This document shows, piece after piece, positions 1 through 9,077 of a stretch of 64,000 bases of DNA. A model generated the notes under the pieces. That model did no database searches. It saw only the letters and a program-made list of their open reading frames with translations, and was not told the origin of the DNA. Every line of letters starts with the position of its first letter. Position 1 is the stretch's first letter. The stretch is from Candidatus Altarchaeum sp. (GTDB lineage: Archaea; Altiarchaeota; Altiarchaeia; Altiarchaeales; Altiarchaeaceae): assembly GCA_018260615.1 (NCBI GenBank), contig JAGWDQ010000044.1:1-64000 (forward strand). The letters run 5' to 3'. The position numbers and the translations under genes were made by a program.

Positions 1-1
1 C

Positions 2-721
2 ATTACATATTACCGTACAATATCCATTTTTACCATTGTGTCTTGCTCCAGTATCATCACTTTGAATATAAGGAGATATTTCTAACCCTTTTGTTAATAG
101 TGATTCTTTCTCTTGGTGAAAAACATCTTTCTTTTCTGTTAATAAATAGCTTAATTCTCCTGATGAGATGTCTACTTCTATCTCTTTAAGTTGTTCCAAT
201 AGGATGGGCTGTGTAACATGGCAATCATAATATTGATAAAGAACAAATTTCCGAAGTGTTGGTCCAAAATGGCTGCCGCCTAATTCTTTTGGAATACTTG
301 CAGTAACATACTTTCCTTCAGGCGTAATATATTTTTCTAACCGATACTTTGTATTATAACTTTCTATTTTAATGTCCTGTACAATAAAATCATGATATCC
401 TTTGAATTCCCAGCCTTTTTGTGCTTCTGTTACTTTTATTATACTTTCGTTGTGTATTTTTAATTCTTTAGTTTTTTCTCGCTTATCCGAACCTGCTCGT
501 TTCTCTTCATCTTTTAATGTTTCTTCTTTTTTAAGATCCTCTATTGTACTTGGTTTGATTGTTGGTTTTTTCGGATGACCTTTTAATAACCTGATTTCTG
601 CTTCTAACTCCTCATTCTTTTCAGATAGTGTTTGACACACCCCTAATAAATATTGTACTAAAGGTGTTTGTAGTAATTCCTCTGTTCCAAGGGTTTTTAT
701 TTTAGATATATCAAAAGTCAT
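2..721 (-). CDS. IS66-family transposase, N-terminal part (runs off window edge; not in ORF track)
   Basis: Manual translation from ATG at 721: MTFDISKIK...GSHFGPTLRKFVLYQYYDCHVTQP...YIQSDDTGARHNGKNGYCTVICN; DxTG motif of IS66 DDE transposases. Confidence 0.85.
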   Translation of the reverse strand, partial: MTFDISKIKTLGTEELLQTPLVQYLLGVCQTLSEKNEELEAEIRLLKGHPKKPTIKPSTIEDLKKEETLKDEEKRAGSDKREKTKELKIHNESIIKVTEAQKGWEFKGYHDFIVQDIKIESYNTKYRLEKYITPEGKYVTASIPKELGGSHFGPTLRKFVLYQYYDCHVTQPILLEQLKEIEVDISSGELSYLLTEKKDVFHQEKESLLTKGLEISPYIQSDDTGARHNGKNGYCTVICN

Positions 722-908
722 TTTTCTATCTCGTTGATTTATTTTTCCTTTTTTTAACTACACGAATTGCACACATTTTTATTTATTCGTTTTCATGTAT
801 TAAATAATTAGCGTTCTATTGTTAATTTATTTTGAATTTTTTTGTGTTTATTTTTTTATAAAATGAGCAGTTACAAAATTTATTTACCACAACTTATTGA
901 GAAGTTAC
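2..908 (-). mobile_element. Left part of IS66-like element with terminal-repeat-like ends at 864-874 and 898-908
   Basis: Minus-strand GTAACTGCTCA (874-864) and GTAACTTCTCA (908-898) upstream of the transposase; IS66 ends begin with GTAA. Confidence 0.6.
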
Positions 909-2524
909 AAACTGTTATTTAAAATTCTGGTGTTTACAGTATCCACTAGTAAAACCCCCTGAAAGTTGTTGTGTATATTCAAATTTTCAACTGTTATATT
1001 GTCGCATGAGATTAAAGCAACAAATCCCGCATTAGATGGTATTTCTGCACTTGAATTTCCTATCAGGTAATAAATGGGATTTCCGTCAACCGTGTTTGTT
1101 GTGTCAACATCGTGATGGTAATAGGAAACTTCACTGCCAACGACATTGAAATTGTATAGATTATTAAACATAGTATTGTTTCTCATTTCATTATCCTCGG
1201 AGGAATAAATGAAAATCCCGAAAATGTTTGAATGTACTGTGTTATTGAAGATGCTGCTGTTTGTTGTATTCACAATCAGGATACCTTGTGAATTTTTACT
1301 TAAATTGAGATTTTCAACGGTAATGTTTTTGCATGACACGAGACCGACGAATCCTGCATCAGGAGGTATTTCTGCGCTATAATTATATGTCCGGTAGTAA
1401 ATTGGTTTTCCTTCAACAGTGTTTGAGGTGTCAATATCCTGCTGGTAATGTAAAACATCTGAACCAAGGACATTGAAGTTAAAGGTGTTGCCTTTCATTG
1501 TATTATTTACCAGTTTGTTTTCGGGTGAGTTTTCCAAATAAATCCCCATCTCATTTGAATGCACTGTGTTATTGATTATTTTACTGTTTGTTGTGTTCAT
1601 CAATAAAATCCCGTAAAAATTCTTGCTTAAATTCAAATCCTTAACTGTGATGTTGTCGCAGGAAATTAAGCCGACAAAGCCAGCATCACCCGGAATTTCA
1701 GCATTAGTGGTGTCCGTCAGATAATAAACTGGTTTTCCGTCAACCATATTTGAGGTATCAATATCCTGATAATAGTCCGAGATATCGTAGCCGTCCATGT
1801 TGAAGTTGTATGTGTTGTTGTTCATGCTATTATTTCTCAATAAGTTATTTGAGGATGGCTTGACTATAGAAATGGACTCTAAATAAATACCGTATAAATT
1901 CATATTTAAGGTGTTTCCGGTCAGGTTATTATCCGCAGATGTGTACATATATATTCCATAGGTGCCAGAATTCAAGGTATTGTTCAGCAGCGTATTGCCT
2001 GATGCTGAATACAAATTGATTCCGTAGTCGAAGTTCTGAATTACACAGTTTTTGATTGTGTTGCCCGACTGTTCAAACAAATAAATTCCACTAATATCTT
2101 CGGCAGAAATGTTTCCCGAGATTGTGTTTCCCTTGCAGTCAAAAATCTTGTTGTTGAAGTTCCCGTAGTCATAAATACATGTCTCATTGTAATTAGTTAT
2201 TGATTTGTTTAGAAATACATTTGTGCATTGTGCATCATTTAGTGTGGAATTACAGTCAACGCAGGCATCCTCTGAATTATTTAACCCGCATTCACAAACT
2301 CCTCCGTCAAGTATGTTATAGCCGATAACGCCGCCGCTTAACCCTAAAATAAAACCTGAAATTAACAGGCAATAAAATATTTTTTTAATCCAGTGCGGTT
2401 TAAATTCAGATGCTTTTGTTCCGGATATTTTCACATTCATCATAAGAAGAGTGTGTTTAAATGTTATGCCGATGTTTTGCTTTTTGAAAAATTTAGTGCA
2501 ATATTCTGAAATTTTTGAGGGCAA
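905..2524 (-). CDS. NosD/CASH right-handed beta-helix surface protein, probably 3'-truncated
   Basis: N-terminal hydrophobic segment, NNT/GIYL beta-helix repeats, three (D/E)G(K/N)P(V/I)YY repeats; stop codon falls within the IS end. Confidence 0.8.
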   Translation of the reverse strand: MPSKISEYCTKFFKKQNIGITFKHTLLMMNVKISGTKASEFKPHWIKKIFYCLLISGFILGLSGGVIGYNILDGGVCECGLNNSEDACVDCNSTLNDAQCTNVFLNKSITNYNETCIYDYGNFNNKIFDCKGNTISGNISAEDISGIYLFEQSGNTIKNCVIQNFDYGINLYSASGNTLLNNTLNSGTYGIYMYTSADNNLTGNTLNMNLYGIYLESISIVKPSSNNLLRNNSMNNNTYNFNMDGYDISDYYQDIDTSNMVDGKPVYYLTDTTNAEIPGDAGFVGLISCDNITVKDLNLSKNFYGILLMNTTNSKIINNTVHSNEMGIYLENSPENKLVNNTMKGNTFNFNVLGSDVLHYQQDIDTSNTVEGKPIYYRTYNYSAEIPPDAGFVGLVSCKNITVENLNLSKNSQGILIVNTTNSSIFNNTVHSNIFGIFIYSSEDNEMRNNTMFNNLYNFNVVGSEVSYYHHDVDTTNTVDGNPIYYLIGNSSAEIPSNAGFVALISCDNITVENLNIHNNFQGVLLVDTVNTRILNNSL

Positions 2525-2546
2525 TTTTAAACATTTTCATAATTAT

Positions 2547-3101
2547 TCATCCGAACAAAATTTTTGCAATGTCATATCTCTTATGTTGTTTTAAGATAGC
2601 CAGACGATTTGTCAGTGTGTTATCAATTGTTACTCTTTCATCTTTGCTCTTTATTATAACTCCGAAGTCGTTAATGTCTGCTTCCTTAACATTCCCGGCA
2701 TTGCCCAATAAATTTGCATATTTCTTATCAACATAAAACACAAAATTTTCTTTATCCGAAATATCACACATTTTTTCCAAAATTTCTTTCTTTTCCTGAG
2801 CGCTTAAATTTAAAATCACCTGCCTTGTTTCTTCAAATACATTCTCAACCCAGTTAAATTTCTCTTTATCAATTTTGTCCTTTGCTTCTATTTCCGCATT
2901 TGAAATAATCTGTCTTTTTATAACTGAAATTTCATCATCTCCCTGCTTCCTTATTTTCTCTGCGTTTTCTTCTGCGAGTTGTTCAAAGTGTTTCATTATG
3001 AAATTTACCTTATTTGCAGAACCTGCTTCTATCTCGCTTACCTTTTGTGCTGTCCCTTTATTTATTTCCTCTATAATTTTCCCGACACCGCTGCCTTCCA
3101 T
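2547..3101 (-). CDS. atpE: A/V-type ATP synthase subunit E
   Basis: Charged N-terminal coiled coil, C-terminal GVIIKSKDERVTIDNTL motif. Confidence 0.75.
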   Translation of the reverse strand: MEGSGVGKIIEEINKGTAQKVSEIEAGSANKVNFIMKHFEQLAEENAEKIRKQGDDEISVIKRQIISNAEIEAKDKIDKEKFNWVENVFEETRQVILNLSAQEKKEILEKMCDISDKENFVFYVDKKYANLLGNAGNVKEADINDFGVIIKSKDERVTIDNTLTNRLAILKQHKRYDIAKILFG

Positions 3102-3323
3102 TTTAACGATTTAAAATTTTATTGTTTTTAAATTTATTAAGTTAAAATTTATTAAATTTAGTTATAAGAATTTAGTTATAGAAATTAATATTTATGTAAA
3201 TTAAATTAATTAAATTAAGTTTCCCGACAAATGCTCGGATATTAAAAATATGTTAAAAAAATAGAGAATGTTAATAATAAATTAATTGACTTCCAAAATT
3301 AATATAATAACATAAAATTTACT

Positions 3324-4289
3324 ATGAAAATTTTTAAATATTCCGGGAACGGACAGATTAGTGTAATTGAAGCGGAGAAAATTTCGTTAGATGAGTTGAA
3401 GGACTCGTGGCTTGATTTGAAAACAGACGATTTGCCGGAAGATATATTTGGGATGAAGATTGAAAAAGGACTATTGAATGAGGACGAATATTGTCAGGTT
3501 GAAGACGGTACAAATTATACATTAGTTAAGATAAGTTATATAGGGAAGGATAATGTATTCAAAACCATCTATTTTTTTGTAACCTCTGATGCGGTAATAA
3601 CTATTCACAAAGAGGACTCCACGCCAATAAATCACTTCATAAAAAACATCAATGCAATAATTAAAGATGAAAAAGAAAATATAGTTAAATTTAATAATTT
3701 TGTTCTCGTACAACTCCTTTATGAAATCGTTGATAAAAATATGGATGTAATCAGTACAATAGACGACAACCTTCAAAATTTACGAAATTCAGTTGAGAAA
3801 AGTAGTATGGATTTAAATGCCGTTAATAAAATAAGAGACAATATAAAGACATTTTCAAGAGTACTTTTATATCAGTCCATTATTATATCTTATATGAAAA
3901 GGGGAGAAGGAGAATATATCTCAAAGAAAGAAGTGGAATATTATGCTGCGGATATAATTGCCGAACTTGACAAGTATGGAAAATTATCCGCCGGACTGGA
4001 AAAGGAATTAAACGGAATCATTCAGGCGATAGAGTCAAAGAATCTTACGGAGTATACAAAATATACTGCGCGCCTGAGTATAGCAATAGAACTTTTAACA
4101 CGGGCAAGCGTTCTGTTTATGATTCCGAACAGCATATTCACTTTATGGCCAAGTATATATTCCCAGGATGTTATGCTTTTTGGGCTTCCTAACTGGATGA
4201 TAGAGGTCCTGATTGCAACAATTTCAATAATATTTGCACAGTTAATAATAAGTCATATTTATAAAGGAATGAAGGAAGTAAAGATATAA
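3324..4289 (+). CDS. CorA-like divalent cation transporter
   Basis: CorA architecture: soluble funnel (AVITIH), long helices, two C-terminal TM segments; canonical GMN motif absent. Confidence 0.65.
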   Translation: MKIFKYSGNGQISVIEAEKISLDELKDSWLDLKTDDLPEDIFGMKIEKGLLNEDEYCQVEDGTNYTLVKISYIGKDNVFKTIYFFVTSDAVITIHKEDSTPINHFIKNINAIIKDEKENIVKFNNFVLVQLLYEIVDKNMDVISTIDDNLQNLRNSVEKSSMDLNAVNKIRDNIKTFSRVLLYQSIIISYMKRGEGEYISKKEVEYYAADIIAELDKYGKLSAGLEKELNGIIQAIESKNLTEYTKYTARLSIAIELLTRASVLFMIPNSIFTLWPSIYSQDVMLFGLPNWMIEVLIATISIIFAQLIISHIYKGMKEVKI

Positions 4290-4319
4290 TCTTGTTTGAA
4301 ATGCAGGATAAAGAAATTT

Positions 4320-4906
4320 CTTTATCACCTCGCTTCGCTCCGAGATTTAAAATTTCTATGAGAAATTTAAAATACTGAAAATTCTTTGAGAATTTTCAAT
4401 CTTTAAAAAATCTATGAGATTTTTTAAATCACCTCACTACCTGTTCGGAGATTTTAAAATTTCAAAATTTTTGAAATCACCTCGCTTACGTTCGGAGATT
4501 TTCAAAACTCTCACCTCGCTCCTGCCCGGAGATTTTCAAAACTTCGCGTTTTGAAAATGCGTTTTGAAAATAATCTCACTTCGTTCGGATATTTAAAAAA
4601 ATCAGAAGAATACTCACACAAAGCCACAAAGTCACCAGGTTACAGAATATAACTCCTTTGTGTCTCTGTGTCTTGGTGTGAGGGACCAAAAATAAAACGA
4701 ACTTTCCTGTACGTTAAAAAATCTCTGCGATTTTTGAAATTACAATGAGCCAATACTGAAAAACACCTACGAGAAATTCGCCCATATTTTCCGGCTTTGC
4801 ATCATTGGGAATCACCTCGCTCTTGCTCGGAGATTTTCAAAACTCTCACCTCGCTCCTGTTCGGAGATTTTCAAAACTTCGCGTTTTGAAAATGCGTTTT
4901 GAAAAT
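4320..4906. repeat. Cluster of REP-like palindromic repeats (family A TCACCTCRCT..TTCGGAGATTTTCAAAA; family B AAATACTGAAAATC..GAGATTTTCAATCTTTAAAAAATC)
   Basis: Many copies; about 95-bp near-identical direct repeat 4477-4570 / 4811-4906. Confidence 0.9.
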
Positions 4907-4984
4907 GACAACAAAATTTATCAATATCGAAAGTAAAAACAATGCCAGTATAATTGTAATTCCAATCGCGGTTGAGAGTTTCAT
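4715..4984 (-). pseudogene. Small membrane protein gene interrupted by a 94-bp repeat insertion (4813-4906)
   Basis: Removing the insert gives in-frame MKLSTAIGITIILALFLLSILINFVV-IPNDAKPENMGEFLVGVFQYWLIV. Confidence 0.6.
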
Positions 4985-5105
4985 TTTAAAGTTTCGTTTT
5001 ATTTTATATGTAAATTTAATTTATTCATAATTAATAATCCGGTTAAATAATTTGTTTACCTATAAATTTAAATAATCTAAATATAAATTTTTAAAATGTT
5101 TTAAA

Positions 5106-6467
5106 ATGGATAAAAATAATGCTCGAAATAAAAAAAATAATGGGGATAATAGTGAAGAAAATAATCGTAAAAATAAAATTTTTCCAATAATTTTTTTTGC
5201 AGGCCTTCTACTGTTGTTTCTCTTTGGATACTTTGTTTTGCATCCTTATCTTGATAAGCCACCGGAAATCAGCACATCCGAAAATATTGCACTTCAAAAG
5301 GAAAATGCGGGCAATATTACCGGTGCCATAGATGAATACAACAATCTGCTGAATAAAGAAAATAACGGGGAAAAGAAATGCATATATTATACAAGAATCG
5401 CAAAATTATATTCTCAATTGGGAAAGGAAGAAATTGCGAAGGGCTATTATGAAAATGCCGCAAATATTGCAGGAGAGAAAAATTTTTCAAACTGTATGTA
5501 TGAAGCAATGTTCTGGAGATGGTATTATGAGAAAAATGCAACATACTTAATGAAAGCGGTTGAGCTCGCAGAAAATTTAAATGATGATAAAAAGAAATTT
5601 TACTCTTATTCCCAGCTGGCAAATTATTATTTAAATTTACCTGACCTGACAAAAGCAAAGGAATTTTATGATAAAGCAAGGGCATTGAGTAATAACGGGG
5701 ATGATAAAACAATTGGTTATAATTATCTTGGAATCGGAACACTTTATACCGAATTAAATGTGTATGATGATGCGATGCAAAATTTAAAACAGGCGGAAAT
5801 TTATTTAAAGAAGGTTGATGATAAAGAGGGTCTGCTAAATGTATATCTGGGAATTGCTTATATTTATGCAAAGAATAATGACAGTGAAAATGCAAGAATG
5901 TATTATGAGAAAGCAGGTAAAATTTCCAACATAACAAATAAATTTGGCAATTCGGAACTTGGAATTGCTTATACTCATATGATGATTGCACAGAAAAAAT
6001 TGGACGAAAAGGATTACGATGTCGCAATAAGAGATGCAAAGACAGCACTAAATTTATTTACAGGGCATCGCGGCAGCAAACAGGATGTTGCCAGCACACA
6101 AAACATTTTATGCTATGCGTATTTTGCAGTTGGGAAGGATATCGAGGCAAGAGAGTGTTATAATTTTCTTGAAATTGAATTATTAAACAATGATGCAGAT
6201 AAATTTGGCGCTTACAAGGCAAGAGCATCACTCAATGAATATTTTGGATTAATATACGAAGGAATAGAGGTAAGTATTGTTGAAGATGATGATGGAACAT
6301 TTAAACAGATTAACGCTTCATGCGGAAGAATTTTAACTGCAATTGATGACTATAAAAAAGCAGGGGAAACAGGGAAAAAGATAAACATAAGCAATGAGGA
6401 AATAAAAAACATTAACGATAAAATTTCTGAACTTGAAACAAAAAGTAAAGAATGTCCTTCAAGTTAA
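5106..6467 (+). CDS. Membrane-anchored TPR-repeat protein
   Basis: Single N-terminal TM, repeated A..YY..A / LG..Y TPR patterns. Confidence 0.8.
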   Translation: MDKNNARNKKNNGDNSEENNRKNKIFPIIFFAGLLLLFLFGYFVLHPYLDKPPEISTSENIALQKENAGNITGAIDEYNNLLNKENNGEKKCIYYTRIAKLYSQLGKEEIAKGYYENAANIAGEKNFSNCMYEAMFWRWYYEKNATYLMKAVELAENLNDDKKKFYSYSQLANYYLNLPDLTKAKEFYDKARALSNNGDDKTIGYNYLGIGTLYTELNVYDDAMQNLKQAEIYLKKVDDKEGLLNVYLGIAYIYAKNNDSENARMYYEKAGKISNITNKFGNSELGIAYTHMMIAQKKLDEKDYDVAIRDAKTALNLFTGHRGSKQDVASTQNILCYAYFAVGKDIEARECYNFLEIELLNNDADKFGAYKARASLNEYFGLIYEGIEVSIVEDDDGTFKQINASCGRILTAIDDYKKAGETGKKINISNEEIKNINDKISELETKSKECPSS

Positions 6468-6514
6468 ACCACAGAAAACAAAAAAGGAGTAAATATGGGG
6501 ATGAGGGGGTAGAA

Positions 6515-6673
6515 ATGCCTGCTAAAGATTTAGCAAAGGAATTTCAGGTGATGAAAGGATTTTCAAGGACGAATTTGTTTAATATACTGCGGTGGTATTT
6601 GTTCTATTCAAAGGCAGATACAAAAGTCCAACAACTTGTTGGACAATTGCTGTGTCAAAATTTCCAAACTTAA
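6515..6673 (+). pseudogene. Fragment of YhcG/DUF1016 N-terminal domain
   Basis: KGFSRTNLFNILRWYLFY...VQQLVGQL resembles the DUF1016_N motif. Confidence 0.65.
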
Positions 6674-6679
6674 AAATAC

Positions 6680-7190
6680 TAAAAATCTATACTGAAAACT
6701 GTAAGTTTTCAATCTTTAAAAATCTGCGAGATTTTTAAATACTGAAAATTCTTGGTGCTGACCCACTAAAATTGGGATAATTAATGTTTGTCCATAAACT
6801 CACAATTTTTGTCATTTACGAATGAAATGAGTAAATATCCGAACGGAGTGAGGTTAAAAACATAATAATTTACCTTGCTTGAAAAATATAATTTTTAAGC
6901 AGATTTTTAAAAAATCTCTCACAAAATAATTATCCCAATTTAAAGGGATGAGCACCAAATTCTTTGAGAATTTTCAATCTTTAAAAAATCTGCGAGATTT
7001 TTTAAATACTGAAACCTTCGGTTTCAATCTTTAAAAATCACCTCGCTCTTGTTCGGAGATTTTAAATACTTTGTATTTAAAATGCCGAAGCATTTTTAAA
7101 TACTGAAAATCTGCGAGATTTTCAATCTTTAAAAAATCTGCGAGATTTTTAAAATACTGAAAATCTACAAGATTTTAGACCTTTCAAAAT
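6680..7190. repeat. Cluster of family A/B palindromic repeats
   Basis: Repeated AAAATCTGCGAGATTTT and TCACCTCGCTCTTGTTCGGAGATTTT units. Confidence 0.9.
6754..6956. mobile_element. MITE (203 bp), IS1/IS1595-like ends
   Basis: About 32-bp imperfect TIR GGTGCT(G/C)A(C/T)CC...AAATTGGGATAATTA; perfect 8-bp TSD AAATTCTT at 6746-6753 and 6957-6964. Confidence 0.85.
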
Positions 7191-7221
7191 GCCTATAAAT
7201 TTGTTTAAATAAAACAAAAGA

Positions 7222-8085
7222 ATGCAATACAGATTAAATCACAGGGACTTCATAGAAAAGGACTCTAAATTTTATGCTGTCTTAAGCACAAGTCCTTTGT
7301 TGTGTTCTTTGAGATATGTGTTGAAAGAAAGAACTCCTGAAAAGGTTGACGGAGGACTTGCCATTATTGATGATACCTGTGATATAAAAATTTTTAGCGG
7401 AAGAGAACGACTGAAAGAGATAATTAAGCATCCGAAGGACAGATATGAACAGGATGTGTGCGATTTGGCTAAATTTTTGTCAAATTTTACAGTTCCTGAA
7501 AATTTGGGAATTTCTGGTTCCGGACTTATTAAATGTTACAGGGATGATTCTGACATTGACTTTGTTGTTTACGGAACAAAAAATTTTAACAATGCGAGGG
7601 ATGCAATTAAGCAGGAAATTTTAAACCTTGGAGCAGTTAAGGACTTAAATTTGGAGCAGTGGAAAGAACTCCATACAAAAAGAATATTCGGCAATGAATT
7701 GACCTTTGATGAATTTTTATGGCACGAGAAGAGAAAATTTAATAAAGGAACAATCAACAATAGGAAATTTGATCTTTTGCTTTCGGATGATACAAACATA
7801 AACTTAAATTTTAAAAAAATCGGAAATATTACAAAGAGAGGTAAAGTAGTTAAGGCAAGTCCGTTTTCATATCCTGCCCATTATGAGATTGTTGAGGGCA
7901 GAAATCAGGAAATTATAAAAATTTTATGTTTTACCCATACTTATGTCGGGCAGGCGTTTGAAGGTGAAAATATAGAGGTCTGCGGGATGCTTGAAGAAAT
8001 AAATAACGGAACCGGATGTGAGAAATTTATAATTGTCGGAACATCCAGGAAGGCGATTGGCGAATACATAAAAGTGTTGAAATAA
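7222..8085 (+). CDS. Archaeal nucleotidyltransferase-domain protein with C-terminal OB-like domain
   Basis: GISGS...SDIDFVVYG Pol-beta NTase motif. Confidence 0.75.
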   Translation: MQYRLNHRDFIEKDSKFYAVLSTSPLLCSLRYVLKERTPEKVDGGLAIIDDTCDIKIFSGRERLKEIIKHPKDRYEQDVCDLAKFLSNFTVPENLGISGSGLIKCYRDDSDIDFVVYGTKNFNNARDAIKQEILNLGAVKDLNLEQWKELHTKRIFGNELTFDEFLWHEKRKFNKGTINNRKFDLLLSDDTNINLNFKKIGNITKRGKVVKASPFSYPAHYEIVEGRNQEIIKILCFTHTYVGQAFEGENIEVCGMLEEINNGTGCEKFIIVGTSRKAIGEYIKVLK

Positions 8086-8112
8086 AAAAGTAATGAAATA
8101 AAATTTAACAAA

Positions 8113-8955
8113 ATGAAAAAATGCCCGAAATGCGGAAAAGAGTATCCGGATATAAAAAATTTTTGCACAATCTGCAAAGAACGGCTAACAGAAGAAGATA
8201 CGAATAAACAACATGCGGAAGAACAAAAACGGCTAAAAGAAAAGAGGTATAAATACATAGCAGGTATTATTGCTGCTGTCTTATTGATTGCCGCATTTGT
8301 GGTTTTTCTCGTGCCTTTTCAGTATAAGGCAACACAGGCGTATTGTGAGAATTCAACAGAGGCATATACGGAATATTATGTGGGGGAAGAACCATATACT
8401 GATATAGAAGCATATCACGAAACGGGACTTTATAACACAACGGACTATGTAAGTTATAAAATGATTTCCACAGGAAAGGGGATTGCTAAATGCCGTTCTG
8501 GCGGTAGCGGATGTTATTGTGGCGGTGATATAGGAACTATTCAAAATGCAGATAATATAAGTGGGAAATTTGCGGTAGAGGTTTCTTTCTTTTCAAGCGA
8601 ACAACAAACACAATCCACAAAAATAGGTTCGTATTTAAGCAGTTCGTATCTTTTAAATCCGGGAGAATCACAGAGAGTAGAAGTATCTTATTATAAATCA
8701 GAATGCGACAAAACAAAACCAACATACTATAGGATAGATGGAGTAATATCTTCTACAAAAGAGGTTATCAAAAATTTAACGATAACAAAAACAAGAAATG
8801 TAACAAAATATAAAAATGTAACAAAAACAAGAGAGGTTACAAAACACCATAGCGTTAAGAAACAAAGAGAAATAACAAAAAACGCCACTCTCTTTGGGCA
8901 ATGGACAGGAAAAGCGGCAAGATATGAAGATGTGAATTGCAGAGTTAATGATTAA
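8113..8955 (+). CDS. Zinc-ribbon, single-TM hypothetical surface protein
   Basis: CPKC..FCTIC at N-terminus, TM helix, TKTRNVTK repeats. Confidence 0.65.
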   Translation: MKKCPKCGKEYPDIKNFCTICKERLTEEDTNKQHAEEQKRLKEKRYKYIAGIIAAVLLIAAFVVFLVPFQYKATQAYCENSTEAYTEYYVGEEPYTDIEAYHETGLYNTTDYVSYKMISTGKGIAKCRSGGSGCYCGGDIGTIQNADNISGKFAVEVSFFSSEQQTQSTKIGSYLSSSYLLNPGESQRVEVSYYKSECDKTKPTYYRIDGVISSTKEVIKNLTITKTRNVTKYKNVTKTREVTKHHSVKKQREITKNATLFGQWTGKAARYEDVNCRVND

Positions 8956-9077
8956 CCGACTGACATAAGAAATTCATTAAATTTAATAATTAATTATTTA
9001 TTGAAATTGTAATTATCAAATAATTTATAAAAATTTAAAAAATACAATAAAAACAGCAAAATTTAAAAATTTTTAAA

